Assembly: GCF_009914755.1 (NCBI RefSeq)
Contig: NC_060930.1
Strand: one strand, 5' to 3'
Origin: the human T2T-CHM13v2.0 reference genome, Homo sapiens
Length of the DNA stretch: 64,000 nt
The notes below the pieces were generated by a model that saw only the letters and a list, made by a program, of their open reading frames with translations, did not search any database and was not told the DNA's origin. Shown piece by piece: positions 27,081 to 40,766 of the stretch; within the stretch, counting starts at the first letter, position 1; every line of letters starts with the position of its first letter. Position numbers and translations under genes: made by a program.

Positions 27081-28438
27081 AAACACACACACAAATGATG
27101 GTCTGGCTGGATTTGAGCCTAGTCAGAAAGGTAGTACCTTAGTCACTCATTTGAAATATTCTTCTAGAGTAAATACCTTCCTAAGTGACAGAATCAAATG
27201 TTTTTCTGTGCGGTGAGGCAGCATGTTGGTGCCACCGAGACAGATGTAAGAAATATTTGATTAGAGACACTAGATAATTGGGTGGGAGTGGGATAATGAG
27301 GAAATAATTGAACTTTCCAAGAAATAAGCAGATTTTATCATTTTAAATTGGTTTTAAGAAGCTAGGACTCTTTTTTTCAGCATTGACATCTGACATATGT
27401 ATGCTTGCATTATAATGTCAGCAAGCATCTCCGTTTACCTAGCCATAAAAGAAAACTCACACCACAATTTGACATTCGAGTTTTAGTTGGAACTAAAGAG
27501 CAATTGCAGAAAATGCAATATGAACAATTTAATTATTATCTCAAAGTCAAATAGGTACCAATAAGTCAGAAATGTTTTTATGATGTTAACACTGAATTAT
27601 TAAATCAAGAATAACACAAAATTAAATAAGATAATTCACAAAATCCAAATCATACTGACTTCCTTTCCATTTCAATTTACCTGTATCTCAATTTACAGAA
27701 TGACACAGCTTGCTTTTTCATATCAAAATATATAAATGCTAAACATAGCTGTTTATTTTCTTTCATATTATTTTATTTGCTTATAAAATGTTTACTCTTA
27801 AGTTAAATTCTTTACATAGAATTTAACCTGACCCCCTAAAATCATCTGTGTCTACATATTTAGAGGAAAACACAATACTTTGAATTATTCAGTTGCATTT
27901 AATGAGCTTTTGTAATCATGCAAAGAGAAGACCAAAAATGTCAGATGAAGTTCTACTGTTAAAACTTTATTTGGCCAGTAATTTTCTAACATATTGTAAT
28001 AAACAGAAAATATACAGACAAATTTAGTTGTGTCTGTTGTTTGTTTTGCTTGTAAAAAAAAAAAAGGTTGAAGATATTAGATTAAATAAAGTAGAAAATG
28101 GATGGAGTAGTGCTTTTGAATCAGATCAAATTCTGGTGAATAAACAGAATTCTGGGGTATAATTTCATTCCAGGGGAAAGAAACAAGAGGGGAAAAAGAG
28201 AGAGAGAGAGATCACTAAAAAGATTATTGATAATTCAAAGACCCAGTGTCTGCACTCACTCAGCAGTGTGATACTGACGATTATTAACTACAAAACTGTG
28301 GTCACAGCATAAGGGTAAATAAGCTATCACTATGGAGCTGAGTGGTGGGGTGGTGTTCCACTGGAATGTATTTTCCTGCAGCAGGCTCTACCTGATGACA
28401 GCTACAATCAAGAGTGGCTGCAGGCAGCTGCTTTGCTC

Positions 28439-28865
28439 CAGGCCACATTCAATTATGTCGGACTGCATTAGTCCCTGGCGAAGCTGTCACCTTCTAGCCT
28501 GTGAAGTGATAGCGTAAAGAGGCTCCTGAAGTCTCTCCAGTCCCTTGCTTCAGGTTTCAAGGGGGGAGGAAGGGAAACAATGGGGGGCTGGGGGAAGACC
28601 ATTAGTACTCTGACTGCTTGCAGCATTCATTTTGCTCTCAGAGTAGGAAAAAAAAATAGCTTAGGTGAGCTGGATTCAAGAAGTTGTCTTGTGTTGGATA
28701 ATTGCAGAGTTATTTTTTTCCCCTCGAACAAGTAGCTCTTTTTCGGGAGGTAGTGCCAGGAGAGTGTCCTGTTTTCAGGATTTGAGATTGACTGTGGTTC
28801 ATCCTTCTCACGAGATAGTGTTGCATTGGAATATATTTTATAATATGTGATATCCCCAAAGATTC
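28439..28865 (+). repeat. Copy 1 of a ~427-bp dispersed direct duplication
   Basis: About 93% identical (hand count, ~30 differences) to 30472-30900. Confidence 0.97.
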
Positions 28866-30151
28866 TCTAGCAGTCAAGATATTTTTCAGGGTCTGATCTG
28901 CAAATGTGGAATATTTGACCTTTTTCCTAAGCTTTCCAGAACTTTTATGTTGGATGGCTGTTGAGATTTCTTTCCTAAGGGGCTGGTTGATGTTTGGAGC
29001 CAAAGAGAAACTAGCTCAGCTTATTCTGGGAAGTTATATGGGGACATAATCTATTTTTGATGATCAACCCTGGCCGGAAGGGTTTGTCACCTTTACTGTT
29101 CTACAACCAATGACTAAAGGATGATTGAAATAGAGTTTCAAGGTTAAGTCAGTATTTTTACTTCTACACAGAACATATAACTCTCAAATGGAGTTCAATG
29201 GGATTGTAGTAACTTATATTTCATTAAAATATCTATTTAAATATCACTATCCAGTGAAATTGGCAGGGAGATAGAAGTTGTTCACTGAAGGCACCATATA
29301 AATTCCAGGCACTGTGGTGTTAAGATGTGGTGTCAACTCTCAAAATATCATCTAGTTGGAGGAAAAACATAACATCTAAAATACTGAAGATGAATTCTAA
29401 AGGATATAAGAAACTTTCCTAGGACTGATTGTGTAATACTGGGCAAGTATGTTAACCTCTCCCTCTCTCCATTTTTGTGTTGTAAAAACGGGGATGAGGA
29501 TGTGTCCAGAGGAAGATTATGACAGAGTAAAAATTACATGTTTAATTGCACTTCCAAGTAAACTCGACCAAAAAGTACAGAAATTCTGAATTTTCCAGAA
29601 TATTTCGCTAATCTTTTTTGTTCATCTGAAAATGTTTTTAAAATCTTTATTTCATATTGGTAACTTTGGGCATTCTGTGGCAACATCATTATAGCAAGTG
29701 ATTATTTAAAGACCATTTACTAAATGTTCAGTATCACCATGGTCATAAGTGTACAGACCTCTTACTGTGGATATTTATAAATTGATATTCTTTACAAGAT
29801 AGATTTATAGTGTTACTTAGATTAAACTGGGCAGAGGAGTTGCAATAGCTTTGCAAGGCTGCAGAAATCTGGCTTCTTAGTAACTCAAAAAAACAAGTAA
29901 ATAAGAGTAAGTACCAAAATATTCTGAACTAGGATCCCCATATCTCTCTGGCATGCTGTGAGGTCTTGTGCAAACCCCTTAACCTCTCCAGCAATTGAAT
30001 GCCTGGCTTACTTAGTCTTCTTCTGGATTCTAGTCCTCCACACTTGGAGTAATGTATCATTCTGTTGAAAGAAAAATGCTTCCTTTTGGCCCCACTTCTT
30101 CTCAAGGTTTATGAGAACCTTCATTCAATACCTGAAAATTAATAGGTGACT

Positions 30152-30300
30152 TTTAATTAAAAATAAAATTATCCTTTTTTTATAGAGACAGGGTCTTGCT
30201 ATGTTGCCCAGATAGATCTGGAACTACTGGGCTCAAGTGATCCTCCTGCCTTGGACTCCCAAAGTGCTAAAATTACAGGTGTGAACCATTGTGCCTGGCC
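30152..30300 (-). mobile_element. Alu monomer (FLAM_C-like)
   Basis: agagacagggtcttgctatgttgcccag...gggctcaagtgatcctcctgccttgg; ggtgacttt on both flanks. Confidence 0.85.
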
Positions 30301-30471
30301 AATGGTGACTTTCAAAACCAAACTTCCAACTAAAATAAGAAAGCCCCCCTTTTGTAATATATAGGGGGAGTAATATATAGATCCTTGGAAGAGTTTCTCA
30401 AGTTGCATACTTTCTGTATCCACTTTTCTATGCCTTTCTTCTCTTGGTCTATGACCCTTGGTCTGTGACTT

Positions 30472-30900
30472 CAGGACACATTCAATTATGTCGGACTGCA
30501 TTAGTCCCTGGTGAAGCTGTCACCTTCTAGCCTGTGGAGTGATAGCATAAAGAGGCTCCTGAAGTCTCTTCAGTCCCTTGCTTCAGGTTTCAAGGCTGGA
30601 GGAAGGGAAACAATGTCGTGGGGGGAAAAGACCATTAGTATTCTGACTGCTTGCAGCATTCATTTCGCTCTTGGAGTAGAAAAAAAAATAGCTTAGGTGA
30701 GCTGGATTCAAGAAGTTGTCTTATGTTGGATAATCACAGAGTTATTATTTTTTTTCCCTCCAACAAGTAGCTCTTTTTCAGGAGGTAGTGCCAGGAGAGT
30801 GTCCTGTTTTCAGGATTTGAGATTCACTGGGGTTCATCCTTCTCAGGAGATAGTGTTGCATTGGAATATATTTTTTAATATATGATATCCCCAAAGATTC
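30472..30900 (+). repeat. Copy 2 of the dispersed direct duplication
   Basis: Same sequence as 28439-28865; shared ends cagg(c/a)cacattcaatt ... tgatatccccaaagattc. Confidence 0.97.
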
Positions 30901-31021
30901 ATGGTAGGGCAATTATATGTAGAGCTACACTAATTATTCAATATGAGGGGATGCAGTAGAAGAAGACCATAAAGCCCCACCTGTCTGTGAACCTGAGGCA
31001 TTAAGAACATACAATCAGGCA

Positions 31022-31300
31022 AATTAATACAGAAACAGAAAACCAAATGCTTCATGTTCTCACCTACAAGTGGGAGCTAAACATTGAATACACATGGACA
31101 TAAAGATGGTAACATCTTTAGATATTGGGGACTACTAGACACTGGAAAAGGGTTGAAAAACTACCTATCGGGTGCTATGCTTACTACCTTTGTGATGGGA
31201 CCATTTGTACCCCAAACCTCAGCATCATACAACATACCCATGTAAAAAATCAACACATGTACCCCAGAGTCTAAAATAAAAGCTGAAAATTAAAAAAAAA
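31022..31300 (+). mobile_element. Short L1 3' end (L1PA15/16 or L1PB type)
   Basis: catgttctcacctacaagtgggagctaaacattga...gggttgaaaaactacctatcggg...polyA; TSD-like catacaa(t/c)caggca on both sides. Confidence 0.85.
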
Positions 31301-32449
31301 ATCATACAACCAGGCAGCCATTTCACAGATAAGCTTCACAGCTAGGACACACATTCCTCTATCTTTCTCCCAAAGATGGCTTGTGTGGGCTAGCTTATCC
31401 TGTTTCTGATGAATCAGGCCTAGAATACAGCTCACAGTTTAGTGTTCTAAGGATATTTATACCAAAAGGTCAAACACAGAACAGAGTGTACCGTTTCACA
31501 TAAGAATAAATGCACCATGGGCTCAAAACCATTATCACTTCTCCTGTAATCATGGTCAGATTGGAAATACCAGAGGGAATCTCATATGAGAAACAGAATG
31601 CCTTTTTTTTTTTTTGTATCATGGCATAACTTCCCAGCTGCTAGAAAAAAAAGGTTTAGTATGCCCCTTTATCTCAGAAAAATAAAATAGATGCCATCCT
31701 TAATAGAACGAGATTTCATTGTTTCTCCAAAGTAACAAGTGCCCAACAATATGCTGTTCTACTACAGGAAAAATAACCATGGTTGAAATAAAACCATATT
31801 GATTCTCTGAAATCTTTTTTTCTCTTGGCAAGTCAAACTGTAAAAATAAACTGGAAAAATATTTTCACCCTTTAAAACAAGTTTCTGATAAGTAAATACA
31901 AAAAAATTGTGTTTTATTTCTTATAATTTGAAGGTAATAATAAGCGAGTCTCAGACACAGACTCTTCACTCCTAGCTTTAGTGAACGTGTATCTATAAGA
32001 ACCAAGGTGACCTTACTGAGGTTAAAGGAAGTGGGGCATGAGGATTGGAAGAGGGAGAAGCAGGATGTGGGAGATCCTGGGGTACGAAGTGATACATTAA
32101 GGCAAAGAGAGGGGAGCAAACAGACTAGGGAAGAGAAGCAGGATGAGCATCTTGTCTACAATGGAAAAGCCATGATTAAGAAAGCTAAACCTTGAGATAG
32201 TGTAAGAAGTGGTGGGAGAGAGGAGGCAAAATGAAACTTACAGGTAGTTGAAAGAAACCACTGGATTTTCCAGGACATTGACTGAACTCACCTTGCTTTC
32301 TGATTTGCCTTGTCCATTTTTTCTTTTGTAGATCTAGAATTGCCTATCCTTGACCAGAGATGTATCAAACACATTTTGGAAATGGGAATGAAATGAATAA
32401 AAATATAATTTACAAAACATATATTATGACAGAAATGTATTTAATAGCA

Positions 32450-32590
32450 TGGATATATAAATATACACATACATACATTATACATAAGTACTTATATACA
32501 CATATTTATATATACACACTAGATATATACTTATATGTACGTATATACTTACTATTTATGTTTGTATACATATATATTCAGATGTACTCC
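32450..32590. repeat. (TA/CA)-rich low-complexity tract
   Basis: atatacacatacatac...tatatac repeats. Confidence 0.8.
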
Positions 32591-33603
32591 CTACATGTCA
32601 TATGCAGAAATTATTTTTCATATTGATAACCAGCTTTGAACAAAATATTCTTATTAATATTTTGCTTTGGAGAGTTTTCAAAACAATCGTAACATTAGAA
32701 GCATTCAGTGTTTATTAATTTAAAAATATCTAAAAATATCTATATGAGGCAGATTCTTGAACATAAACAGTGTGCAGAACTTTAATGACTAGCAACAAGG
32801 TGCTTTTAAGTTTAAAATGTTGCTTTCAAAAGTTGTGTTTCCACATGCAATGGCATCCCTATGCATAAATATATGGTATTCATTCAGTGACCCAAAGTTA
32901 AGAACAATGGTTTTGAGAACATGAAAATTATTGTTCCCTAGGTTTCCTCAGACGTATATGAAGGCAGGTATAGATTGAGTATTGATATGTATCTGTAGTG
33001 AAGTATTAAGCTCAGCAGAGCACACAAAGATCAAACTCCTCTTGTTTGCCCAGATGAGCAGCAGTCAAATGTTTTCATCATTGGATTTTGTGAAGAGGCC
33101 CTTGATTAATCATGTGAAGGTTCCTATAGCCTAAGCAACTGGCTGAAGAAATAAGCCAGGATGATCAGAGCACTGTGCACTTCCCAGGGAATTTCAAAAG
33201 ACATGCTTAATAGAAACTCCTTGAGTTAAAAAGAAAATGGTTTCAATAACAGTTTTACCTTTGAACAAAAGCAAATATACAGTATATATAATGGGATTTT
33301 AAAAATAAACCAGATATCAAAGTTTCTTATGATCTTTTGCTTCACCTTTTTGTTTCTTTCAAGAGTCACTAGGATATTTACAAAGTTTATTTATCTAATT
33401 TTCAACGTGGTTAGAACAATGCTGCATAGATACTACAGTATGCTATCACTTCAAAATGGTTTTCCTTAGTATATGTGGCAGAAAAATAAGCTCCATTTAA
33501 AAAATATTATTCAGTGAACAATCCTCAGTTTTTTTTCTGAATGTGATGTATTCTCTTTAGATTCCAAAAAACTATAACCCACTTCAGAAATATAATCCAT
33601 CGA

Positions 33604-33895
33604 CAGGTCCACAAACCCTTACCTCAAACATGGAGCCAAATGTATTTTGTAATTCAGGAGTTTGCAAAATTTTAAATGCAATATACTGTACATTATGTAG
33701 AATGCTCAGTAGAGCCTGGGGCTTGATCGTCATTGAACACATTAACATTTCTGTAGTGAAATAAATGAATATTCATAATAACTCAAATAAATAAAGACTA
33801 TAAATAACTTCATGTCAGTTCTGGTCAATTTTGATACCAAATTAATTTTTTAAAACTTAGGGCTCCCAAAATTTCTGGATTTCAGGATTAAAAAC
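33604..33895 (+). mobile_element. MER96B-like non-autonomous DNA transposon
   Basis: Starts caggtccacaaacccttacc; internal aaataaagactataaata...catgtcagttctggtcaatttt. Confidence 0.65.
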
Positions 33896-36800
33896 ATGAA
33901 CATATATTTAGAATTTTTTTACTATTTTTCTTTTGGGAGTCATTTCTTATAAAAGTGAACAGAAGAATTCTACAATTCTAGAAATAGTGCTCAGTAAAAT
34001 TTCTTCAATATTTTAAAAAATATTTATGGGATTTATTGTTTGAAGATTCACAATTATGTACTACATTCTAAAAAAGTTTCTATATTTCTATATATTTTTT
34101 CAGTTAAGATGTGAACTTCACTTTTTCCATGTTATTAAAAAAATTTGTGAATATATTTAAAAGAAAATAAGAATTTACATATAATATGAAGCTTCGTATG
34201 AGTTGTTACATGTTTTTCAACAGAATAAAATGTGGAGACCAAAGGACATTAGCATGAACACTAAAAAATGTACCTTAAATGTTGTTTTTATAAACATTAT
34301 TTTTATTAATTTATTTTGTTTCATCCAGAGTTTTTTCTAACTTATGATAGTAATTTTTAATTCATAACCTAGAATGTTTCTCAAATCCATGCATTGCATT
34401 TTAGGCTAACTTTAGATTTTAGAAGATTCATTTCCAGAAGAATTATTTTTAACTTCAGGAAGAAATAGCAAAGTGGGGCCCTGCATTGGTTAAATTTAAG
34501 TCATGTAATTTTTATCCCCATTGTGATGCCATATCTACGCTGATAATTAGGCAAGTCCCAAATAGTCCACTCTGGACTTTTTTTGCATACCCATATAAAT
34601 TAAAGAGACAGAGGAAAAAAAAGGAAATGAGAAAAGAGAAGGAAATGTAGAAAGGAAGAGAAGGGTAGAGGAAGAAATACATAAAAAAGGAGAAAACAGA
34701 AGAAAAGAAAGCCCAACTTCCCTCTGACATGGCGGTTCCTTGGCCCCTTCAGAGGTCAGAATAAGAGAACAAAGAACAGGGATCTCTCACGGGCTGGCTG
34801 GTTTGTGAAACTGAGAAAAAATAAAACAAAAATGAGCTCCAAGGATTTAGGGTTAAAATGATTCCCAGATATGAGAAATAAAGTAGGATCTGAAACAGAC
34901 ATTTACAAAACAAAACGACACAAAAAGCAGTCCAAATGCCAAGAACACAAATGAGGAGAAATACAGACTGAGAGACAGGTGGGGTCAAATGAGGTGCTCA
35001 CAAACCCAGTTTAGAAATCTAAAGCCAGGGTCTCAAATAAGAACGGGGGCTGAACACTATACAGAAAAAAGACCCCTGGACATGGACTTTTCTCACAGAG
35101 AGAGAAATCCAGTAGCCCAATTTCACAGAGTTGCCCAGCCTGGGTAGCAGGTTACTTTGCCCAGTCACATACATACAAATGCTTGGCAGTGGCTTATAGC
35201 ACACAAAGAATACCTCAAGATAAGAATAAATAAATAAGTCAAGCTGAGTTCAGGAACAAAACAATTGCCCCCACATATATACCAATACACACTCAGCATA
35301 TAAACATAGCCAGATAAAATGCTCACTTATAGATTTTATTAAATTGCCACCAGTAAGTCTCTATCCCAGCACTCATCAGCTTCCCATCCCTGTCTTGGGC
35401 CCCAGAATGACTATAGGAAGGAAGAGAGTAGAAGAGCAAGAGAAAAATGAAGAAAATAAGAAAGAAGGAAGAAAGGAAGGACCCCTCAGAGACATCAATT
35501 TAATACAAGCTCTGTTATTAAATTTACTTATACAAATCTTGTCCTTTGCTGTGTTGGCTCTAATTCTTATAATTCCCAAAGTCTTCAAAAAGAATATTTA
35601 AAAATAATAATAGTAGTAACTATAGTACTGTTTATTCTTGGCCAGAGAGTTAATCAGTTTGTACGGTGTGTCAGTGTAATGGGCTGTGGACTGAGGACAT
35701 TTTTCATCGGATGTTTTCATTTCTTGCCTTTGGCAAAAATTCCACCAGTGGTGATAAATAATTCCATACCCCTAAGTGGATATTATTATTATTTTCAAGT
35801 GTAAGCTACAGCTGGCTCCTAGCCTGTCAGCTCTCCCGGAATCGCAGATGCTACGTGCATACCTGTTGACAATTCTATGGGTGGATACAGTTCCCCATTC
35901 CCATTTCCATACTTCTGCTCTTTCATCCTAATGGTGTCCCCTGAAAAAGCAGCCAGGGAAAGGATGAAGGACAGACTGAGGCAAAGGTGCAAATAGACAG
36001 TGTGGATTTTGCCTGCAGGGTTAGAATATATACTTACTTCTCAGACGTTTTATTTTGTAGCCAACTCACTTGTTATACTAGAGGCTTGAATGAAAAAACA
36101 AGCCCACCACTATTTTAAAGGACTAGCATAATGTCCTGTACATTGCAGCCACTAAAAAATGACTGAAGAAAGGAAAAAAAGTAAATGAGGGCCAAGGTTT
36201 GTTTTGTTTTGTTTTGTTTTGTTTTAATCTGTGGACCTTCATTTCTCTGTTTTACTGTCTTCCTAATTCCTTTGGACACACACATTTCCACCATCCCCTG
36301 GTGCCTACTGTCCTCCCAGTGCCCCCTGGCTGGGCCTGGTGCAATATTCTACCTGTCCTTAGATATTATTTTCAACCTCTTACCTCTTTCCTTCTATCAA
36401 AATGTGCTCTTCCAGCCAATCACTCAAGGTCCTGTGACACTAAGTTTACTTAATTGGATAACTAAATATTTTTAAATATATTACCTAGTAATTGGGTTCC
36501 TCCTCGTCTGTCTCTTTATCCTAAACTCAGCAAGGAACTGTGAAACAATGGAAATTCCCAACATAAACTAGTCAAACAGGACAGTTTTTTTGGAAGTACT
36601 AGTAAAATTGCATCATGTACCAGTGACTGTCCCTAGTTGTATAGGGTTGGTAATCTTTATTAGGCTCAAAAAATTGAGCACACAGATTATTTGTAAATAA
36701 TATGATCTTTAGTAGTTAACAAAAAGTAAAACCATCATACAAGTTTAAATTATGGGCAAGTGGGAGTAAAGTGTACTTTAGGAAGGCTATTTTATGGTGA

Positions 36801-38976
36801 ACGTATCATATGGAAAAAACACTTCTGTTTTTCCTAAGCAAACATCACAGACTTCCATACAAATTAGAATTCCTTTTAACAAGTTTTATTACTATTAGTC
36901 AGATATTTCACTAACCATCTAAACATTGAAGAACAGCTCCCAAAAAAATAAAATTTTCAGCCTACTTTAAAAAACTAAACAAGTTAAGTCAAAAGCTCAG
37001 AATTGAATTATTGGTTTAATATTGACAACATGGTCAATAGTTTTATGGGAAGCTTCATGGCTAAGAGAAAACATTGGACTTTGACTAATGAAAACTAAAT
37101 ATCATTTCTACCTCTTGCACTAACTACTTGTGCAACCCTGGCAACACGGTAGAATCTTTTTTTAAATACCATGTTTAGTGAATACATAGATAAGGTACTG
37201 AATGGCCCTGGGCTAGTCATTTTAATCATTGTGAATCTATAAAATGAGAGAGCTGAATGTGAAATCTCTACAGTTTCTTCTAATGCTGAAATTCTGCAAT
37301 TCACCAAACTAGCCCCAAGGGAGTCAGTAGGTATGTTCTGAAAAAGAGATGGAGAAAAGCGGTTGTCCACAGAGAATTAGAGATCAAAGTAGCATATTGG
37401 CCCCCTCTTCTTTCCCTCCCTTCTTTAGGCTGGAGGAAAGGGATCAAAGGAGTAAAGATATCATGACAGCTCTCCATGTTGGTGGCACTGCCCCAGGCAC
37501 TAAACGCCAACACAACTCTTTGTGTCCATTACAAACCTGAGGTCACAGAACAGGAAAACAGAGGAGGGAAAACCTTGTAATTCAGCACCAGTGAGCTGAG
37601 TACCCTAAATAACCATTTAAAGCAGTTGCGGTCTGTCCACATAAACTACAGTGTTTTGCATAATAGGGGTATCAGCTCTTACTTTACTATTGGAATTAGT
37701 AAAAACAGAATGAAGAAGTTGATTAAAGATATGAGAAAAGTTTTCTTGTGGTATAAGTGAACATAAAAAGTTCCGTCACCTACCACCAAGGCATCAATTA
37801 AAGGTGACCATATTTTGAAAGGGATTTCATAAACTCTGAAGTGCTATGCTAATGGTTGTTAGGCCTGGGACATTTCATCACCTTCTATCTACTCACAAAA
37901 CCTTTTTTTTTAATTTCCCAAATCAAACAAGGAAATGATCCATTCTATAAATTGAGTTAAAAAAAAAAAAAAGAATCTGAGGAGAGGAGAACAGAGATAC
38001 CAGTTTCAATTGTGGCCCAGCTCACAACTCGTGTGTGACCTTAGGCAGTCATTTAACTCTTCTAGGCCTCAGGTTCCATTTGTTTGAGGCATTTGTGCTA
38101 AATAATTTCCCAGAACATATTCCAGATCGAATGTTCTAATGACTCTGATATATAGCACATGGTGGTTATTCTCCTTAGAGCTATTTTTAGTGACAATGAA
38201 ATTTTGATGGCTAGGGGAACTTACACATAATTTTCTAAAACATTCTTCTGACATTTGTAGAAAATACTGGCAGTCTACCAAAAGGCATAAGAAATACCAA
38301 TCCATAACATTTTAGTATGTCAGGATAGAAAGAATCTTCAAGCAAGGAGTAGCCAGTTTCCTCCAGAAGAGCTGTGTTAGGTGATGTCAGAAAAAGATGG
38401 GATAGAAATACTAAGAAAGGTAGCACAACATAAAAATCTAAACAACCTATATACTTCAAGATACAAAGAATGACTTTGAATGAACGGTAATTCAAAATTC
38501 TTGCTAACATTTATTGAATACACATATTCCACCAGGTGTTATGATAAGGATTTAGGACAGATGATTTTATTTAATCTGATATAACATGACATTTTACAAC
38601 ATTTGACAATTAAAGTTTTTGTGAACGTGATGTATTAGGAAGTGGAGAAGTTTAGGAAGAGAGACTGGCTGGAGCTCTTTGTGGGCAGGCCTTTCCTCGC
38701 TGATGCCAAAGCTCACGGTAGATTCTCAAGATGCCACTCACACATCAAAGGGTCCCCCTGTCTTGCTAACATTGTTAGTCACTAACTAAGGAAGTTTCAT
38801 AAATGAATATGACTTAAGAGAAATAACAGTAATAAAACACAGCATCAAATTAATGGTTATATGAAGGTTTATAATGCTTGGCAAATTTTTGGCACTTAAT
38901 AAAGATTAAGTGCCAGATGACATATTTTTCTATTAACTTAAATTTTTCTTTTTTTTTTTCTGTGATCAAACAACAG

Positions 38977-39002
38977 AAGCTAAGACCATGCCTGTGCCTC
39001 AG
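38977..39002 (+). other. 26-nt micro-exon candidate (phase 1 to 0)
   Basis: Long T tract, caacAG acceptor, CAG|GTAAAT donor; reads (E)AKTMPVPQ. Confidence 0.4.
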
Positions 39003-39391
39003 GTAAATTCAATTTGACAACTGAAGAATCATTCTGGTCATTTAGTCGCATATGTAATGATAAGAGTCCCTAAAGAAAAGTCACATGGGCCAAACATCTC
39101 TTCTTTAAGACTTCAGCTTTCAGTAGTTATAATATAAACATACATAAAATTCTGTCTATATTTAACCAGGAATTTATGTTAAGTTGATATTTAACTGCAG
39201 CACATTAACATTAAATTTTTAAAAAAGTAAACAGAAGTATTTTAAAGACCTGAAAATTCTTTCCATGTGGCATATCCACTGTTTTTCTAAAACCTCCTCA
39301 AAATATTCCTGTCCAGGTATTAGAGAAGGGAGTCATATTCACCTCTAAGAGAAAAGAATGAAAAAGTTTAAAATCTTGCTTCTTGTTTTAC

Positions 39392-39410
39392 TAGTGCCCC
39401 CTCTAGTGGA
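39392..39410 (-). promoter_or_regulatory. CTCF-like motif (imperfect)
   Basis: Minus strand TCCACTAGAGGGGGCACTA; the G run is 2 nt longer than in CCASYAGRKGGCRS. Confidence 0.4.
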
Positions 39411-40766
39411 ATTTTTTCAGTACTGCATACAAAAAAGGAGGTGGAGGGGTTTATGACACCAAGCACATATTTTGTTTGCTTTTTTACATTTCCTTTTTAG
39501 AAACATTCTAAACAAAATGATGTGAAATAAACAAACATAATAGTGCATAATAGATGTACAATAGTTTTATCAGCAATTGTAATTAAACAAGGGAGTGATA
39601 AAAATCTGGTATATTCAGAACGAGAAACGTTTTGAGAGGCAATGTGGCAGACAGACATGAAAACATATTTTGCCAGAATTCAATGTCATTCATTTTGTGA
39701 CTTGACTTTTCTCCCTCTATCAAACTATTTGGCCATTAGCCTAAAACTTTGCTAAGTTTCGTCTCATAAAATTTAAAACTTGTCTTTCTTCCCTCTACTG
39801 TTTGCCATTGTTCTTTTTTTATAACATCGTTAGGTGGATAATACCCTTCGTCTCTAACTTTTGCAATTCTTTTTGTCTGTAAACTACATCGATGCCTCAG
39901 AACCCAGACACTTAAGCTAATTCTGTTTACAATTACAGAGTAGTATTTTTCTAATCATTTTCTAGCATCATTTTTTCCCTCCCACACAATTTCTATGTTT
40001 GTGCTACTAAGAAAAAAAGAAGAAAAACTACCCCGACCCCCAAATAACCATCCTCGACACTGCCTCATAGGATTCTTCCTAGAGAAGTCTTGAGCTTGGT
40101 AGATGCATCTTGTTCTACAGGGATCTCTGTCAACTTCTCTTTTTATGCATTAAATGTGCTTCCCTGGTGATAGCCTAAGGGTGCTTTCACTAAACAATTA
40201 ATGTAAGGCATCTCCTGGGAACCTAATGGGTATTTAGGAATAAGTTCACTTCCAGTGAATTGTATAATGTGATATTTTGACAATGCATATAGAGAAGTTG
40301 CAGAAGGGTGAACTTTTCTCGAAAAAGGTAATAAACTACCCAAGCTTCTTATCCTTTTGTTATTGTTTGGGGATGGAGGAGAACCAAGATGTAATTTAGG
40401 GTATTGTTGTATGTGCCTGCTTTTGCCATTTTGGCATAATACCACACTACTGTTCACTCTGACTAATGTAATGTACAAGTCTCAATCTATTAGTGAAAGT
40501 AAAATTTGCTGTGACATTTTGATTCTGAAGCCGCAAGCAATGAAGGAGGTAGCACTGCACAGGATATTTGTATTATGTTAATAAAAAATGATACCACCAT
40601 ATGATACTAATGGTAAGCAGAGAACACTGATTAGTATTTTCCCTGACCAAAGTTACAGTCCAATTTTAAAGTGGTTGAATACCAAAGTTTTAAATCTAAT
40701 CACTTCATTGTCATGATAAATATTCTTTTAAAATGTTGCTTGAATTTTTTGTCTTTTGTTAACCAG

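Noticed and set aside
28665-30885. Paired ORFs MSWIQEVVLCWII... (28665..28850 and 30697..30885) that look like a small gene family
   Set aside because: They start at GTG, are only ~60 aa and are similar merely because they lie in the 427-bp duplication; no coding evidence.
34605-34712. Long purine-rich tract (possible triplex/H-DNA); a similar one at 35415-35480
   Set aside because: No clear mirror symmetry; ordinary GA-rich low complexity.
35646-35800. 155-nt AG...GTAAGC segment with an open frame (RVNQFVRCVSVMGCG...)
   Set aside because: Two frames look equally plausible and neither shows a motif. Kept out of the pseudogene model; it shows how easily exon-like segments arise by chance.
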